Made by a program: the position numbers and the translations under genes. Positions 1 to 12,052 of a DNA stretch of 64,000 bases are shown in pieces (positions within the stretch are counted from its first letter, which is position 1; each line of letters begins with the position of its first letter). The DNA is taken from the NCBI GenBank assembly GCA_964016885.1, contig OZ024742.1, positions 245,830,001-245,894,000 on the forward strand, written 5' to 3'. The stretch is from Eledone cirrhosa. Lineage: Eukaryota. A model generated the notes under the pieces. That model ran no database searches and was not told the DNA's origin. It saw only the letters and a list, made by a program, of their open reading frames with translations.

Positions 1-1380
1 CTTTTTTGTCATGTCACCAGCATGATCACCTTACAGGGTGGACTGGGTGCTTTTTTGTCATGTCACCAGCATGATCACCTTACAGGGTGGACTGGGTGCT
101 TTTTTGTCATGTCACCAGCATGATCACCTTACAGGGTGGACTGGGTGCTTTTTTGTCATGTCACCAGAACAATCACCTTACAGAGTGGACTGGCTGCTTT
201 ATTGTCATGACACCATCATGATCACATTACAGGGTGGACTGGGTGCTTTTTTGTCATGTCACCAGCATGATCACCTTACAGGGTGGACTGGGTGCTTTTT
301 TGTCATGTCACCAGCATGATCACCTTACAGGGTGGACTGGGTGCTTTTTTGTCATGTCACCAGCATGATCACCTTACAGGGTGGACTGGGTGCTTTTTTG
401 TCATGTCACCAGCATGATCACCTTACAGGGTGGACTGGGTGCTTTTTTGTCATGTCACCAGCATGATCACCTTACAGGGTGGACTGGGTGCTTTTTTGTC
501 ATGTCACCAGCATGATCACCTTACAGGGTGGACTGGGTGCTTTTTTGTCATGTCACCAGCATGATCACCTTACAGGGTGGACTGGGTGCTTTTTTGTCAT
601 GTCACCAGCATGATCACCTTACAGGGTGGACTGGGTGCTTTTTTGTCATGTCACCAGCATGATCACCTTACAGGGTGGACTGGGTGCTTTTTTGTCATGT
701 CACCAGCATGATCACCTTACAGGGTGGACTGGGTGCTTTTTTGTCATGTCACCAGAACAATCACCTTACAGAGTGGACTGGCTGCTTTATTGTCATGACA
801 CCATCATGATCACATTACAGGGTGGACTGGGTGCTTTTTTTTGTCATGCCACCAGCACAATCACCTTACAGGGTGGACTGGGTGCTTTTTGTTATGTCAC
901 CAGCATGATAACCTTACAGAGTGGACTGGCTGCTTTTTTGTCATGTCACCAACATGACCACTTTACAGGGTGGAGTGGCTGCATTTTTGTCATGATACCA
1001 GTACGACCACTTCACAGGGTGGACTGGCTGCTTTTTTGTCATGTCACCAACATGACCACTTTACAGGGTGGAGTGGCTGCATTTTTGTCATGATACCAGT
1101 ACGACCACTTCACAGGGTGGACTGGGTGCTTTTTTGTCATGTCACCAACATGACCACTTTACAGGGTGGAGTGGCTGCATTTTTGTCATGATACCAGTAC
1201 GACCACTTCACAGGGTGGACTGGGTGCTTTTTGTTATGTCACCAGCATGACCACTTTACAGGGTGGAGTGGCTGCATTTTTGTCATGATACCAGTACGAC
1301 CACTTCACAGGGTGGACTGGGTGCTTTTTGTTATGTCACCAGCATGACCACTTTACAGGGTGGACTGGGTGCTTTTTGTT
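1..1380. repeat. About 49-bp minisatellite (about 28 units; runs off the window start)
   Basis: Unit CATGATCACCTTACAGGGTGGACTGGGTGCTTTTTTGTCATGTCACCAG, with variant units alternating toward the 3' end. Confidence 0.95.
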
Positions 1381-1555
1381 GTGGCAGCAGGACTGTGGGA
1401 GAGCAGTTGTGGAGTGCATCCAGCTTTTGATGTTTGCTTGCATGGGCAGGTCAGGAGATGTGCTATCAGAGGTACGGGAAGTGAGAGTTGGAGGGGGTGG
1501 TGAAGTGAGTATGCAGGATGTAGATGGGGGATGTGAGTGTCACTATAATCATTGC

Positions 1556-1800
1556 TAAATCTAACATTGCTGACTGCTTCTCTGTACATGGCTTGTATTG
1601 TCCTCACAAGCTACTCGTCTACTCCTAGTTTTCTAAGGGCCCGCCAGGTTATTGTGTGGGGATTGTCAAATGCTTTTTCCAGGACAACAAAAGCCAATAA
1701 AGGTGTTAACTTTTAGCAAGGTTCTTTTCCTGCAGTTGTCTCACAAGGAAGAAAGCATCAGTGATACTTTCAGCTGGCACAAATCTGAACTGCATCTCAT
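1556..1800 (-). mobile_element. Degraded RTE LINE RT fragment
   Basis: Closely resembles 62150-62395 (gtacatggcttgta..cctcacaagc..ctagttttctaag; aactgcat.tcat). Confidence 0.8.
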
Positions 1801-1804
1801 TTAA

Positions 1805-2025
1805 CCCTTTAGCATTTAAACCGGCTATATCCGGCCAGAATTCTCTCACCTCTTTCTGTTCAAACCAGCCGTAACTAGCCACTCATACTGATGTTAAGGT
1901 CTTGTTTTCAAAGTAAATAATAATATCGTCAAAATCTCATAGATTTGATGTGAATAATTATGTGAGATAAAGCCTTTACTGTGAAAATAAAATAGTAAAT
2001 ATAGAGTAATGTGAATGCTAAAGGG
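1805..2025. mobile_element. piggyBac-type MITE
   Basis: TTAA|CCCTTTAGCATT ... AATGCTAAAGGG|TTAA: perfect 12-bp TIRs with a TTAA target duplication. Confidence 0.85.
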
Positions 2026-2547
2026 TTAAGTGAATTTGGTCCCTTATCAGCTGTGCAATAACTCTCTCAGTAACTTTCATGACCTACTCCATCAACTTAA
2101 TACCTTTATAGTTTCTTCTGCCAAGTGTATCTCCTTTTCCCTTGTAGCAGTTGATGCTGCTGCCACTATGTTAGTTATTGGGTATGACACTATTCTGTAT
2201 TGTTTGGTATATTATGTGAGTAGTTAATGTATAACCCACCATTCTAGATACTTTCAGCACTTCAGCAACTATCCCTCACCCTCCCTGATGGTCTAGTTGC
2301 TTTATTATATTATATTGTATATTGTCAGTGATGACAATAACGAAAAATGCCAGTTTTATTGATATTAAACATATTATGTTGTAAAAACAAAAAAAATAAC
2401 AAAACCAAAACAAACCAAAACAATGAAAAACGAATACAAAACGAAAAAGTAACAATTACTAAAATTACAACAAAAGCATGCTTATAGTACATTATTGACT
2501 GATTTAATGTTATTGATGTTGCCAACAAACAACAACATAAACAACGC

Positions 2548-2609
2548 TTCTTCTTCTTCTTCTTCTTCTTCTTCTTCTTCTTCTTCTTCTTCTTCTTCTT
2601 CTTCTTCTT
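2548..2609. repeat. (TTC)n microsatellite
   Basis: About 20 perfect TTC units. Confidence 0.95.
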
Positions 2610-2672
2610 TGTTACAGTTTATATGCATAGTGGTGGCTTTGCAAAAAAACAAAACAAAAAAAAAAACTGTTA

Positions 2673-2845
2673 ATAGTTGAATAATCAGGTAAAGTATCCC
2701 TGAAGATGGAAAAACGGTAGACAGAGATGCCTGCAGGGAATTGAACCATACATTTCTACAAAAATGTGTGATTCTATCCCCAGCAGATGTCTCTATCTAC
2801 ATTTTTCCATCTCCAGGGGTACATTACTGATTTATTGAACTACTT
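2673..2845. repeat. Imperfect foldback palindrome (MITE-like)
   Basis: ccctgaagatggaaaaa..gtagacagagatgcctgc pairs with gcagatgtctctatctac.tttttccatctccaggg. Confidence 0.7.
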
Positions 2846-2919
2846 ATATAGTTATCTACATTGTGGCAAATATATTTTCAAATTATAACATTCAAATATT
2901 CTTTAACCCTACTATCTAG

Positions 2920-3039
2920 GTATGGCAGCTGATATGTTCTATTATGACCAAATTGCAGCCTTTATCGGTCCTGCTTGTGCTTATGCCATACAACCAACCA
3001 GTCTGCTGGCTTCGTACTGGGATATTCCATTAATTACAG
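2920..3039 (+). CDS. rGC exon (ECD): GMAADMFYYDQIAAFIGPACAYAIQPTSLLASYWDIPLIT
   Basis: tctag|GT ... ACAG|gtaag; FIGPAC and YWDIPLIT motifs of ANF-receptor domains; phase 1-1. Confidence 0.93.
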
Positions 3040-3339
3040 GTAAGTTGCTTATTTACTTATCTTCATTAAATTTTTTTTAGTAATCGTTACTAAATTTTAG
3101 GATATATGTGGGCTGTACTTCCACTGATTCCAACAATGTCTGATCCAATTATTTGATCAACCAAACAACTTGTTCACGAAATTAACAGGAAAGTGGCTGA
3201 GCATTCCAGACATGTTCACCCTTAATGTAGTTCTTGGAGAGATTCAACATGGCAAAGTGTGACAAGGGTGCCCTTTGAATTACAGGTACAACTATTTGCT
3301 GAGTGGGCTGGAACAATATAGAAAATAAAGTATCTTGCT

Positions 3340-4440
3340 TAAGGACACAATTTGGGTCAGTTCCATTCCTGATCACATTGGCTTGAAAGTTGATCATTGT
3401 AAAACACTGGTTTTGTGCAGCCAAAATGAAGCCCTCACTCTCTGCCTTTAACTCAGAACTCTGCAGGCACTGATGGGTGAGAGTTTGATCTACATTAGGT
3501 ACTTTGCTATGGAGTGCAGTGGTTTTTGCCCATGCAGTGGTTTTTGTTCCCAATTAGTGCATAGTTTTATTATGAATTTGATATCTCAGTCATTGATGTT
3601 ATTTAACTGGAAAAATTGTTCTAATGAACATCAAACCACTACCCACAGCCTCAGATATTCAGGATGTATTGCATGCCTTTTAAAGTGTTCCAAAAAGGGT
3701 GAATTAGCTGATGGTTTTTAGCCAATCTTGGAAACTCTTCGAGACAGGTTCTATGATGATGTGGATGAAGTTGAATTCATGACAGTCCTTTTCAGTTCCT
3801 ACTTTAGATCCTGATACTGGTTCATTTTCTCCCTCATCTTTTCTTGCAATTCAGGTTGTTCTTCCTCTTTGTTGTTACTTCTTTCTGGGACATCCCCTGG
3901 TCTATTATCTCCTCCTTTAATATAGCCTTAAACAATGACTCATTACTCTCAGATGCATATTTATGTAAACAGCTCTTCTTCATCTGAACACAGTCCTCTA
4001 TGCTGATAAGACCTCTCCAACCTTCAGCTCTCTTTAAGTACTATCAACACTCTTCTTATGAAACATACTGTAGATAGTCATTAATTGCCTTGTCTTTCTA
4101 TCCAGTTCTTTTTGCTCATTTACAGTCCATTTAAGAATTCCCACACTGTACCTAATAATAGACGCAGCTCGGGAATTTATTGCACTTATCACATTCCTAC
4201 TATTCAGCTGGGATTATACTACTTTTCTTACACCCCTTCATTTTATTGTCCTTGATGTTTTCTGCCTCCAAAACCCCCAAATACTTATATTCATTTTTGG
4301 TGTCAATCTACTTTATTAGCTCACCTGTTGGTATCTTGATTCCTTTGCTTCTCTTCAACTTACCCCTCCTCATCACTAGGACTCCACACTTATTAATACC
4401 CAGCTCCATACAAATATCATTGCAGTGGTTTTTGCTCCCA
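3340..4440 (-). mobile_element. Degraded non-LTR retrotransposon, R4/Dong-like
   Basis: Minus-strand peptides DICMELGINKCGVLVMRRGKL and LKAESEGFILAAQNQ resemble RT-thumb and C-terminal motifs of R4-clade elements. Confidence 0.6.
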
Positions 4441-4470
4441 TTTAGTGCACAGTTTATTATTATTATTATT

Positions 4471-7400
4471 GGGCTGAAAGAAAGCTGTCCTTGAAAGGTA
4501 CAGTAGAGGTGGCAAACACATACATCGCGTCCGTCATCAACTACTGCTTGACCATCATGCCTTGTCCCAAACCCCGTCTGAGTGCACTGGTGAATTTGCT
4601 CTTCCACTTCTTGTGGAAGGGATGTGTTCCGATAGTCAGGTGGTCCATCTGCTGTCAACACCCGCTGCATGGAAGATGGGGAATGCCATGGCTGATGATG
4701 CACAGACATGCACTGAGGCTACGAAATCTCCATGGGTCCAGGGCCCATGGATAATTTCCAGTAATCCCTGGCCTGGTAGTGCTTTACATGCATGGAAACT
4801 TTACAGGCATGGAAATGCCTGGGCCTGTTCGAGATGCGCGCAGGGCAACAAACCATCCTGCATGCAATCGTCCAGTGTTCGAGCATTGCTGACTTGTGGG
4901 TTTATGTTGATCACTTGTTGTCACATGTAGGACAAATCCAGTTATCAACCGAGTCCATTGTGAAGATTGTCCTACCACATTCTTCTTGTCAAGAAGGGCA
5001 GGCAGTTTTTATATGTCTTGTGGCCATGGCAAAAGAGGTTGTATGGTGGACATACTTGATAGTTTTGAAGACAAGCACTTTCTTCTTTGGCAAAGTCCTG
5101 ATTAACTTCTTCAGGTTTCACTTGGGGAGGAAAATCAGGGTGGAGAAAGAAGTGCTGCCTTTGTTGAAAGGTGTGTGAGAGAAGCAAGTGTGGCCCAAGT
5201 GAATGGGCCTGCTCTGAGTGTGAGCCTGTAGATTGGAGGAGTACAACTTGGACAGGGCACTTACCCTACAGATCAGGGCACCTGTGGTTTTAAGGGGGGA
5301 TTTTCCACAAGTGACCCTTGAACGTCTCCTCTCTATTGATGAACCTGTTTTAATTTTATTGTTATCTTCTTTTTTTAACAGTGTGTTTGACCTGTACTGT
5401 CATAATGTTTTTCTTGATGTAAACCCTTTGTGGATAATAAAGAAATGATTATTATTATTATGTGGATTGGCAGTATTAGAAGGACGGATGCCATGCTTTG
5501 CAGCATAGAGTTACGCCCCTTTATGGTCTGAGTTCAAATTCCACTTTGCCTTTCATCGTTATGAGGTCGATAAAATAAAGTACCAGTCACATACTGGAGT
5601 CGATTTAATCGACTTTCCCCTCCCTCCAAAATTACTGGCCTTGTGCCTATATAAGAAACCATTATTATTATTATTGCTTTGAAGGCAGCACTTCTTTCTC
5701 CACCCTGATTTTCCTCCCCAAGTGAAACCTGAAGAAGTTAATCAGGACTTCACCAAAGAAGAAAGTGCTTGTCTTCAAAACTTTCAAGTATGTCCACCAT
5801 ACAACCTCTTCTGCCATGGCCACAAGACATATAAAAACTGTCTGCCCTTCTTGACTAGAAGAATGTGGTAGGACAAAAGGGCGGTGGATTGGCAGTATCT
5901 GTAGAGGGTCGGACGCCATGCTTTGCTGCATAGAGTTACGGCCCTTTATGATCTGAGTTCAAATCCAGCCGAGGTTAACTTTGCCTTTCATCCTTACGGG
6001 GTCGATAAAATAAAGTACCAGTCATGCACTGGGGTCAATTTCATCGACTTTTCCCTCCCCCCAAAATTGCTGGCCTTGTGCCTATATAAGAAACCATTAT
6101 TATTATTATTGTCGAACAGTTGCTGTCACGTGTAGGACCGATCCGGTTATTGACTGAGTCCATTGTGCAGATGGTCTTGCCATCTTCCTTCGAGAAGGAA
6201 GGGCAGGCTGTTTTCATCTGCCTGGTGGCCATGGCGAAAGAGAGTGTGTGGTGGACAAGGTTTAATTTGGCGAATCCCTGATTAACTTTTTCAAGTTTCA
6301 CTTGAAGAGGAAAATCAGGATGGAGAGGCAAGTGCTGTCTTCTAGCAAGTTTGTTGAAAGGTGGGTGAATGTAGCGAGAATGGTCCGAGTGAATGGGACC
6401 GCTCTGAATATACGCTTGTAGTTTGAGGAATGGGAAAAATTGAGAGAGGGCGCTTGCCCTGGTGGTCTTTTGTGTGGTTTTCGCCATGAGTAACCCTCGG
6501 AGGTTTCCCCCCTATTGGAGAATTTTTCATTGTTTCAATTTTCATTTTTATTGTTTATATATGTTTCTATGTCTTTTTTTTTTTCTTTTCTTATATATAT
6601 AATAAAAATCTTTACAAGCACAAAACCCACATCGTACTGTCCTGTACCATCCTGTGCCGTCTGTAATGTTTTTCTTGATGTCAGCCCTTGTGACCAATAA
6701 AGAAATCATACAGGGTAGAGAGGGAAGTGCTCTCTTCCCAGCATTTTGTTGAAAGATGGGTGAGAGAAGCAAGAATGGCCCGAGTGAATGGGCCTACTCT
6801 GAGTATGTGTCTGTAAATTAAAAGTGGAAAACTGGGAGAGGGCACTTGCCCTGGTGGTCAGGGTCACTGTGGCCTATTAATGGGCTTTCTCCACAAATGT
6901 CTCTCGGAAGTCTCCCCCTATTGGGGAATTTTTCATTGTTATTTTTTGTTACATCCTCTGTTTTTGTTTTTTACACGCAGAAATGCCCATTTGTACCGTT
7001 CTGTATTGTCCTGTACTGTCCTTAATGTCTACTTTATGTAAACCCTTGTGGTGGGAAGAGCGACGACGCACTTGGAGAAACTCTAGGCATCGACGAAAAT
7101 CAACTAGCCAATCTCTTCGGAAGGACTTTCGGTAATCCCTGGCCTGGCAGTGCTACTGAGGAGCTTTGCCAGTTCAGGATAAACTCTATAGGCATGGAGG
7201 TGCCGTCAGCCGGGCATGTCCGAGATGCACGCAGGGCGATGAAACCGTCCTGCATGCACTTGTCCAATGTCCGAGCATTGCTGACTTGTGGGTTTATGTT
7301 GAACACCTGCTGTCACATGTAGGACGGATCCAGCTATCAGCTGAGTCCATCGTGAGGATTGCCCCGCCCTCTTCCTTTAGCCGGGAAGGGCAGGCAGTTT

Positions 7401-9007
7401 TTATCTGTCTGGTGGCCATGGTGAAAGAGATAGTATGGTGGACACATTTGAAAGGGCTGAAGACGATTTCTTCGGTGATGCCCTGATTGACTTTTTCAAA
7501 TTTCATTTGAAAAGGAAAATCAGAGTAGAGAGGGAAGTGCTCTCTTCCCAGCATTTTGTTGAAAGATGGGTGAGAGAAGCAAGAATGGCCCGAGTGAATG
7601 GGCCTACTCTGAGTATGTGTCTGTAAATTAAAGGTGGAAAACTGGGAGAGGGCACTTGCCTTGGTGGTCAGGGTCACTGTAGCCTTTTAATGGGCTTTCT
7701 CCACAAATGTCCCTCGAAAGTCTCCCCCCTATTGGGGAATTTTTCATTGTTATTTTGATTCCATCCTCTGTTTTTTTACACGCAGAAATGCCCATTTGTA
7801 CCATCCTGTATTGTCCTGTACTGTCCTTAATGTCTACTTTATGTAAACCCTTGTGGTTAATAAAGAAAGCATTATTAGAAATCATCATTATTATTATTAT
7901 TATGTCAACACCCGCTACGTGGAGGGCTGGGCATGCCGTGGCTGATGATGTGCAGACACGCGCTCAGGCTACGACATCTCCACCTTTTCCTCGACGGTGA
8001 TCAGGTGTGGTCGCCGTTTGCTAGACATGTCTTTACCCAGCTCGTCTCCTTGACGGAGCTGCAGTCCTGGGTCAAACGAAGACCGAGAGGGAGCGCTTGG
8101 AGACTGGAATGTCTTCAGACGCTCACAGCCCTCGACCAATCGGGCAATGTGATCAGTGGAAACTCCACCTTGGCATTCTATAGAGGATTAGTGGAGGGGA
8201 AGAGCGATGACGTACTTAGAGAAACTCTAGGCGTCGACGAAAATCAACTAGCCAATCTCTTCGGAAGGACTTTCGGGCTGGGGCCTATGGACAACTTCCA
8301 GAAATCCCTGCCCTGGCCTGGCATGGAAGTGCCGTCAGCCGGACCTGCCTGAGATGCGCACAGGGCGATGAAGCCATCCTGCACGCACTCGTCCAGTGTC
8401 CGAGCATTGTGGGTTTATGTTGAACACCTGCTGTCGCATGTAGAACGGATCCAGCTATCAGCTGAGTCCATTATGAGAATTGCCCCGCCGCCTTCCTTTA
8501 GCCGGGAAGGGCAGGCAGTTTTTATCTGTCTGGTGGCCATGGTAAAAGAGATTGTATGGTGGACACGTCTGAAAGGGTTGAAGACGGGTACTTTCCTCTT
8601 CGGTGACGCCCTCATTAACTTTTTCAGGTCTCACCTGAAAAGGAAAATCAGGGTAGAGAGGGAAGTGCTGCTTTCCAGCCAGTTTGTTAAAAGGTGGGTA
8701 AGCGAAGCAAGAATGGCCCATGTGAATGGGCCTACCCTGTGTGTGTGCCTGTAGCATAGTGGGAGGAAAACTGGAAGAGGGCACTTGCCCTAGCGGTCAG
8801 GGTAACCGTGGCTTTTTTCTGGGCTTTCTCCACGAGCGACCCTCGGCGGTCTCCCCCATTGGGGAATTATTCATTTTTTCTTTTTTTGTCACATCTTCTG
8901 TATTTGGTTTTTTTTACACGCAGAAATACCCATTTGTACCGTCCTGTGTTGTCCTTAATGTTATACCCTTGTGGTTAATAAAGAAACCATTATTATTATT
9001 ATTATTA
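4471..9007 (+). mobile_element. Cluster of 5'-truncated L1/Tx1-clade LINE 3' ends (about 4471-5460, 5678-5875 inverted, 6113-6705, 6711-7050, 7050-7880, 7903-9007)
   Basis: Repeated peptides FHFLWKG, CPRCxxxDETVLHALVQC (CCHC knuckle) and VFICLVAMxKExVWW; 3' ends tggttAATAAAGAAACCATT(ATT)n. Confidence 0.85.
5879..6110 (+). mobile_element. tRNA-derived SINE family 1 (similar copies at about 5461, 9008, 10098, 29369, 46410, 46621 on +; 63620-63813 on -)
   Basis: A box TGGCAGTATCGG-like, B box GAGTTCAAATCC, body GCCTTTCATCCTTACGGGGTCGATAAAATAAAGTACCAG, (ATT)n tail. Confidence 0.88.
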
Positions 9008-9215
9008 GGGCAGTGAATTGGCAGAATCGGTAGAGGGTCGGACGCCTTGCTTTGATGCATAGAGTTACGGCCCTTGCCATTCTGAGTTCAAATCCCGCCG
9101 ATGTTAACTTTGCCTTTCATCCTTACGGGGTTGATAAAATAAAGTACCAGTAATGTACTGGGTAATTGCTGGCCTTGTGCCAATAGTAGAAACAATTATT
9201 ATTATTATTATTATT
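9008..9215 (+). mobile_element. SINE family 1 copy just upstream of exon 9264
   Basis: Same head, body and (ATT)n tail. Confidence 0.88.
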
Positions 9216-9263
9216 GCTTGTGGTTAATAAAGAAAACATTATTATTATTATTGCTATTTCTAG

Positions 9264-9554
9264 GTCTTGGCGATAATGGAAAGTTCAAAAATAAAACCAT
9301 CTATTCAACAATGACCCGGATGTCATTTTGCCAGTGTCGAATCCGGCGAGTACTTGCCAGTCTCTTTAGATATTACAACTGGAAAAACGTTTCACTAATA
9401 TATGATGTCAGCGATGCTCACTCGGATGTGCTAGGGAACAGCTTGAAAGATGGTCTAGTGTTATCTGGCTTCGAACCGAACGTTATATCTTTCAATGGAG
9501 TCTTCAACACCAGCTTGCGTTTTTATTTGCAGGCAGCGTCCAGCAGATCTAGAA
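9264..9554 (+). CDS. rGC exon (ECD): GLGDNGKFKNKTIYSTMTRMS...YYNWKNVSLIYD...AASSRSR
   Basis: ttctag| ... A|gtaagt; lies within ORF 9218..9562; phase 1-1. Confidence 0.93.
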
Positions 9555-10544
9555 GTAAGTAGAAAATCTTTTACAACTGAGCATCATTGTTATTGAAACT
9601 CTCTCGGTTCTAAAAATGAGTGCTCTAGTTGTTCAAACATTGAAACAGCCTACCCATGATATTAACATGCAAGTGGCTGAGTATTCCACAGACACATGTT
9701 TCCTTAAGGTAATTCCCAGGGCGATTCAACATGACATAGTGTGTGACAAAGCAAGTCCTTTGAACTCACAGGTAGAACTGAGTTTTGGAAACAGAGTTTA
9801 CTGTAGCAACATGAAAAATAAAGTGTCTTGCTCAAGGATACAATGCACCACTGGGAGTGTGTGTGTTTGTATGTATGCCAAAAGAAAATGGATACTCAAA
9901 GTAAACAATACAGTACAACGAAGAAATATATTAGTTTAATGTTTGATATAGTAAGAAAAGAACTTTAATGATTCGGACACTAGTCCTTCATCAAAAGATA
10001 GAATGAGAGATAAAAGATGAAATAGAAAGATAGAGATGTGTAGAGGAAGGAAAAAACTTTTTTGAGAAAAAGCACACGTGTTCAATCAGCCATTTAGAGG
10101 TGGTGGATTGGTAGCATCGATAGAGTATCAGACAATATGCTTTGCAGTATATAGTTATGACACTTTACATTCTCAGTTCAAATTCCGCCGAGGTTAGCTT
10201 TGCCTTTCATCCTTATGGAATCAATGATATAAAGTACCAGTAATGCACTGGAGTTGATTTAATTGTTGGCCTTGTGCATTTAGATAGAGAGACTGATTAA
10301 CATGGGACACCTGAATGAAAATTTGATTGGGGCCCTTGTATCAAACTGTATATATTATTTATGGTCACAACAAATTAAATTGGGGTACTTTAATATTAGA
10401 GACCCAGGTTTCAACCTAATCAACCCTCACTGTTAATCCACCACTAAATACCAGTGAAGTACTGCGGTCAACATATATAAGTGACTTCTTCCTTGCCCAC
10501 ATATTGCTGACTTTGTACCTGAAATAGAAACAATGTATAACTGT

Positions 10545-11372
10545 ATATATGCTACATGGCAGTGAGGCATAGGCATTGTGTGCAGAGGACCTGCGCAGAC
10601 TGGAAAGGAATGAAGCATGCATGCTCCATTGGATGTCTAATAGTAATATACGTGAACAGTAAAGCATAAATGAACTAAGTGAGAAATTAGGAATAAGAGG
10701 GATCAGATGCTGTTTACTTGAGAGAAGACTACGTTGGTATGGCCACGTGATGCGCATGAAAGACGACAGCTATATAAAAAAGTGCAGGGCGTCAAAATTG
10801 ATGGAAGTTACAGAGTAGGTAGACCCAGAAAAACCTGGGACGATCTGATAAATTCCGACCTTACACACTTGCACCTCGCTAAGACAATGTCATTGGACCG
10901 AGATCTTTGGTGCTACGCAGTAATACAGAAGACCCATCCGCCTTGCCTATGTACAAAGCGAAACCTACAGTCAGTAGGCACCTCTTAACCAAATATACAC
11001 CCCATTCCACTACCCCTACCCTATCCTCCCACTCCCACTAACACCACCCTCTCTCTGTAAAGTTGGTACCACAACATCCAGTCCAAATAAATGAGATAAA
11101 TGAGATCAAGGTCGTGTAGGTGTCACAACAAAAAAACACACAGTCCAGCTGTAATGTAGCCATGTAGGTAACACGGTAAAAAGTTCCCAGTTCCACACTG
11201 TAAATGTGGTTGGTGTTAGGAAGAGCATCCAGCCGTAGAAAACCTGCCAGATAGTCCTATATGAGCGAGACACAGTCACCCGACCAACCTTGCCTCAAGT
11301 GGGACAACTCCTGTCTAACCCATGCTAGCGTGGAAGATGGATGTTAAATAAAGATGATGATGATGATGATGA
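10545..11372 (+). mobile_element. 3' end of an RTE LINE with 3' UTR and (GAT)n tail
   Basis: Encodes GRPRKTWDDLINSDLTHLHL, as in the 61042..63435 element; ends ccatgctagcgtggaagatggatgttaaataaa(gat)n. Confidence 0.88.
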
Positions 11373-11399
11373 TATATATATATTTTATCTTTCTTTTAG

Positions 11400-11701
11400 T
11401 AATACTGTTAATAGTTCCTGGAGAAACAAAAAGAAAATTTCTATTGGAAGCCTATAAGATGGGTTTTATTGATGGTCAGTATGTCTTCATCGACATAGTC
11501 ATGTTCTTATTTAGTGGGAACTATATTGGAAACCATGATTGGAAAAGAGGAGATGACCAAGATATCATAGCTAAGGAGGCATTTAAAGCCCTACTCCGAG
11601 TGTCGCTTTATATCCAGTACGGACAAAAATGGGATGAATTTGAGAGAAAAGTTAAAAAAATAGCTGAAAGAAAATATAACTTCATCTTTGGAGATGAAAA
11701 G
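11400..11701 (+). CDS. rGC exon (ECD): IILLIVPGETKRKFLLEAYKMGFIDGQYVFIDI...WKRGDDQDIIAKEAFKALL...GDEK
   Basis: cttttag| ... AAG|gtatag; W-x-RGD..D..A..AF motif typical of NPR-like receptors; phase 1-0. Confidence 0.93.
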
Positions 11702-11829
11702 GTATAGTCTTCCTTGCTTGTTTTTAAATTTTAACTCTTAACACCCTGTACAAATTTAGTATATATTGAGTTTTATAGCCTGCTTGAAGCATTGTTTAAT
11801 AGGAAACACAAATTTAAATTTTGAAGACC

Positions 11830-12052
11830 AACACAATGCGTTATGAAGATTGTTAAATTGCCAAGATAACAAAAGAATCTTACCTTAGCAAATTTAATGA
11901 TCCCAAATATTTTTGGGTTTAAAAACCCATTATCAAGGGAGTAACCCTATAAGAGACTTAAAAACCCGAAAATATTTGGTATCGTTAAATTTTCTAAGGT
12001 AAGATTCTTTTGTTATCTTGGCAATTTAACATCCCCCATATGCATTGTATTC
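11830..12052. repeat. About 220-bp foldback palindrome
   Basis: tgttaaattgccaagataacaaaagaatcttaccttag is the exact reverse complement of ctaaggtaagattcttttgttatcttggcaatttaaca. Confidence 0.88.

Noticed and set aside
1-1380. CRISPR-like array, or coding ORFs in the 49-bp repeat
   Set aside because: Head-to-tail units with no unique spacers, no cas genes and a eukaryotic context; the ORFs are repeat artefacts.
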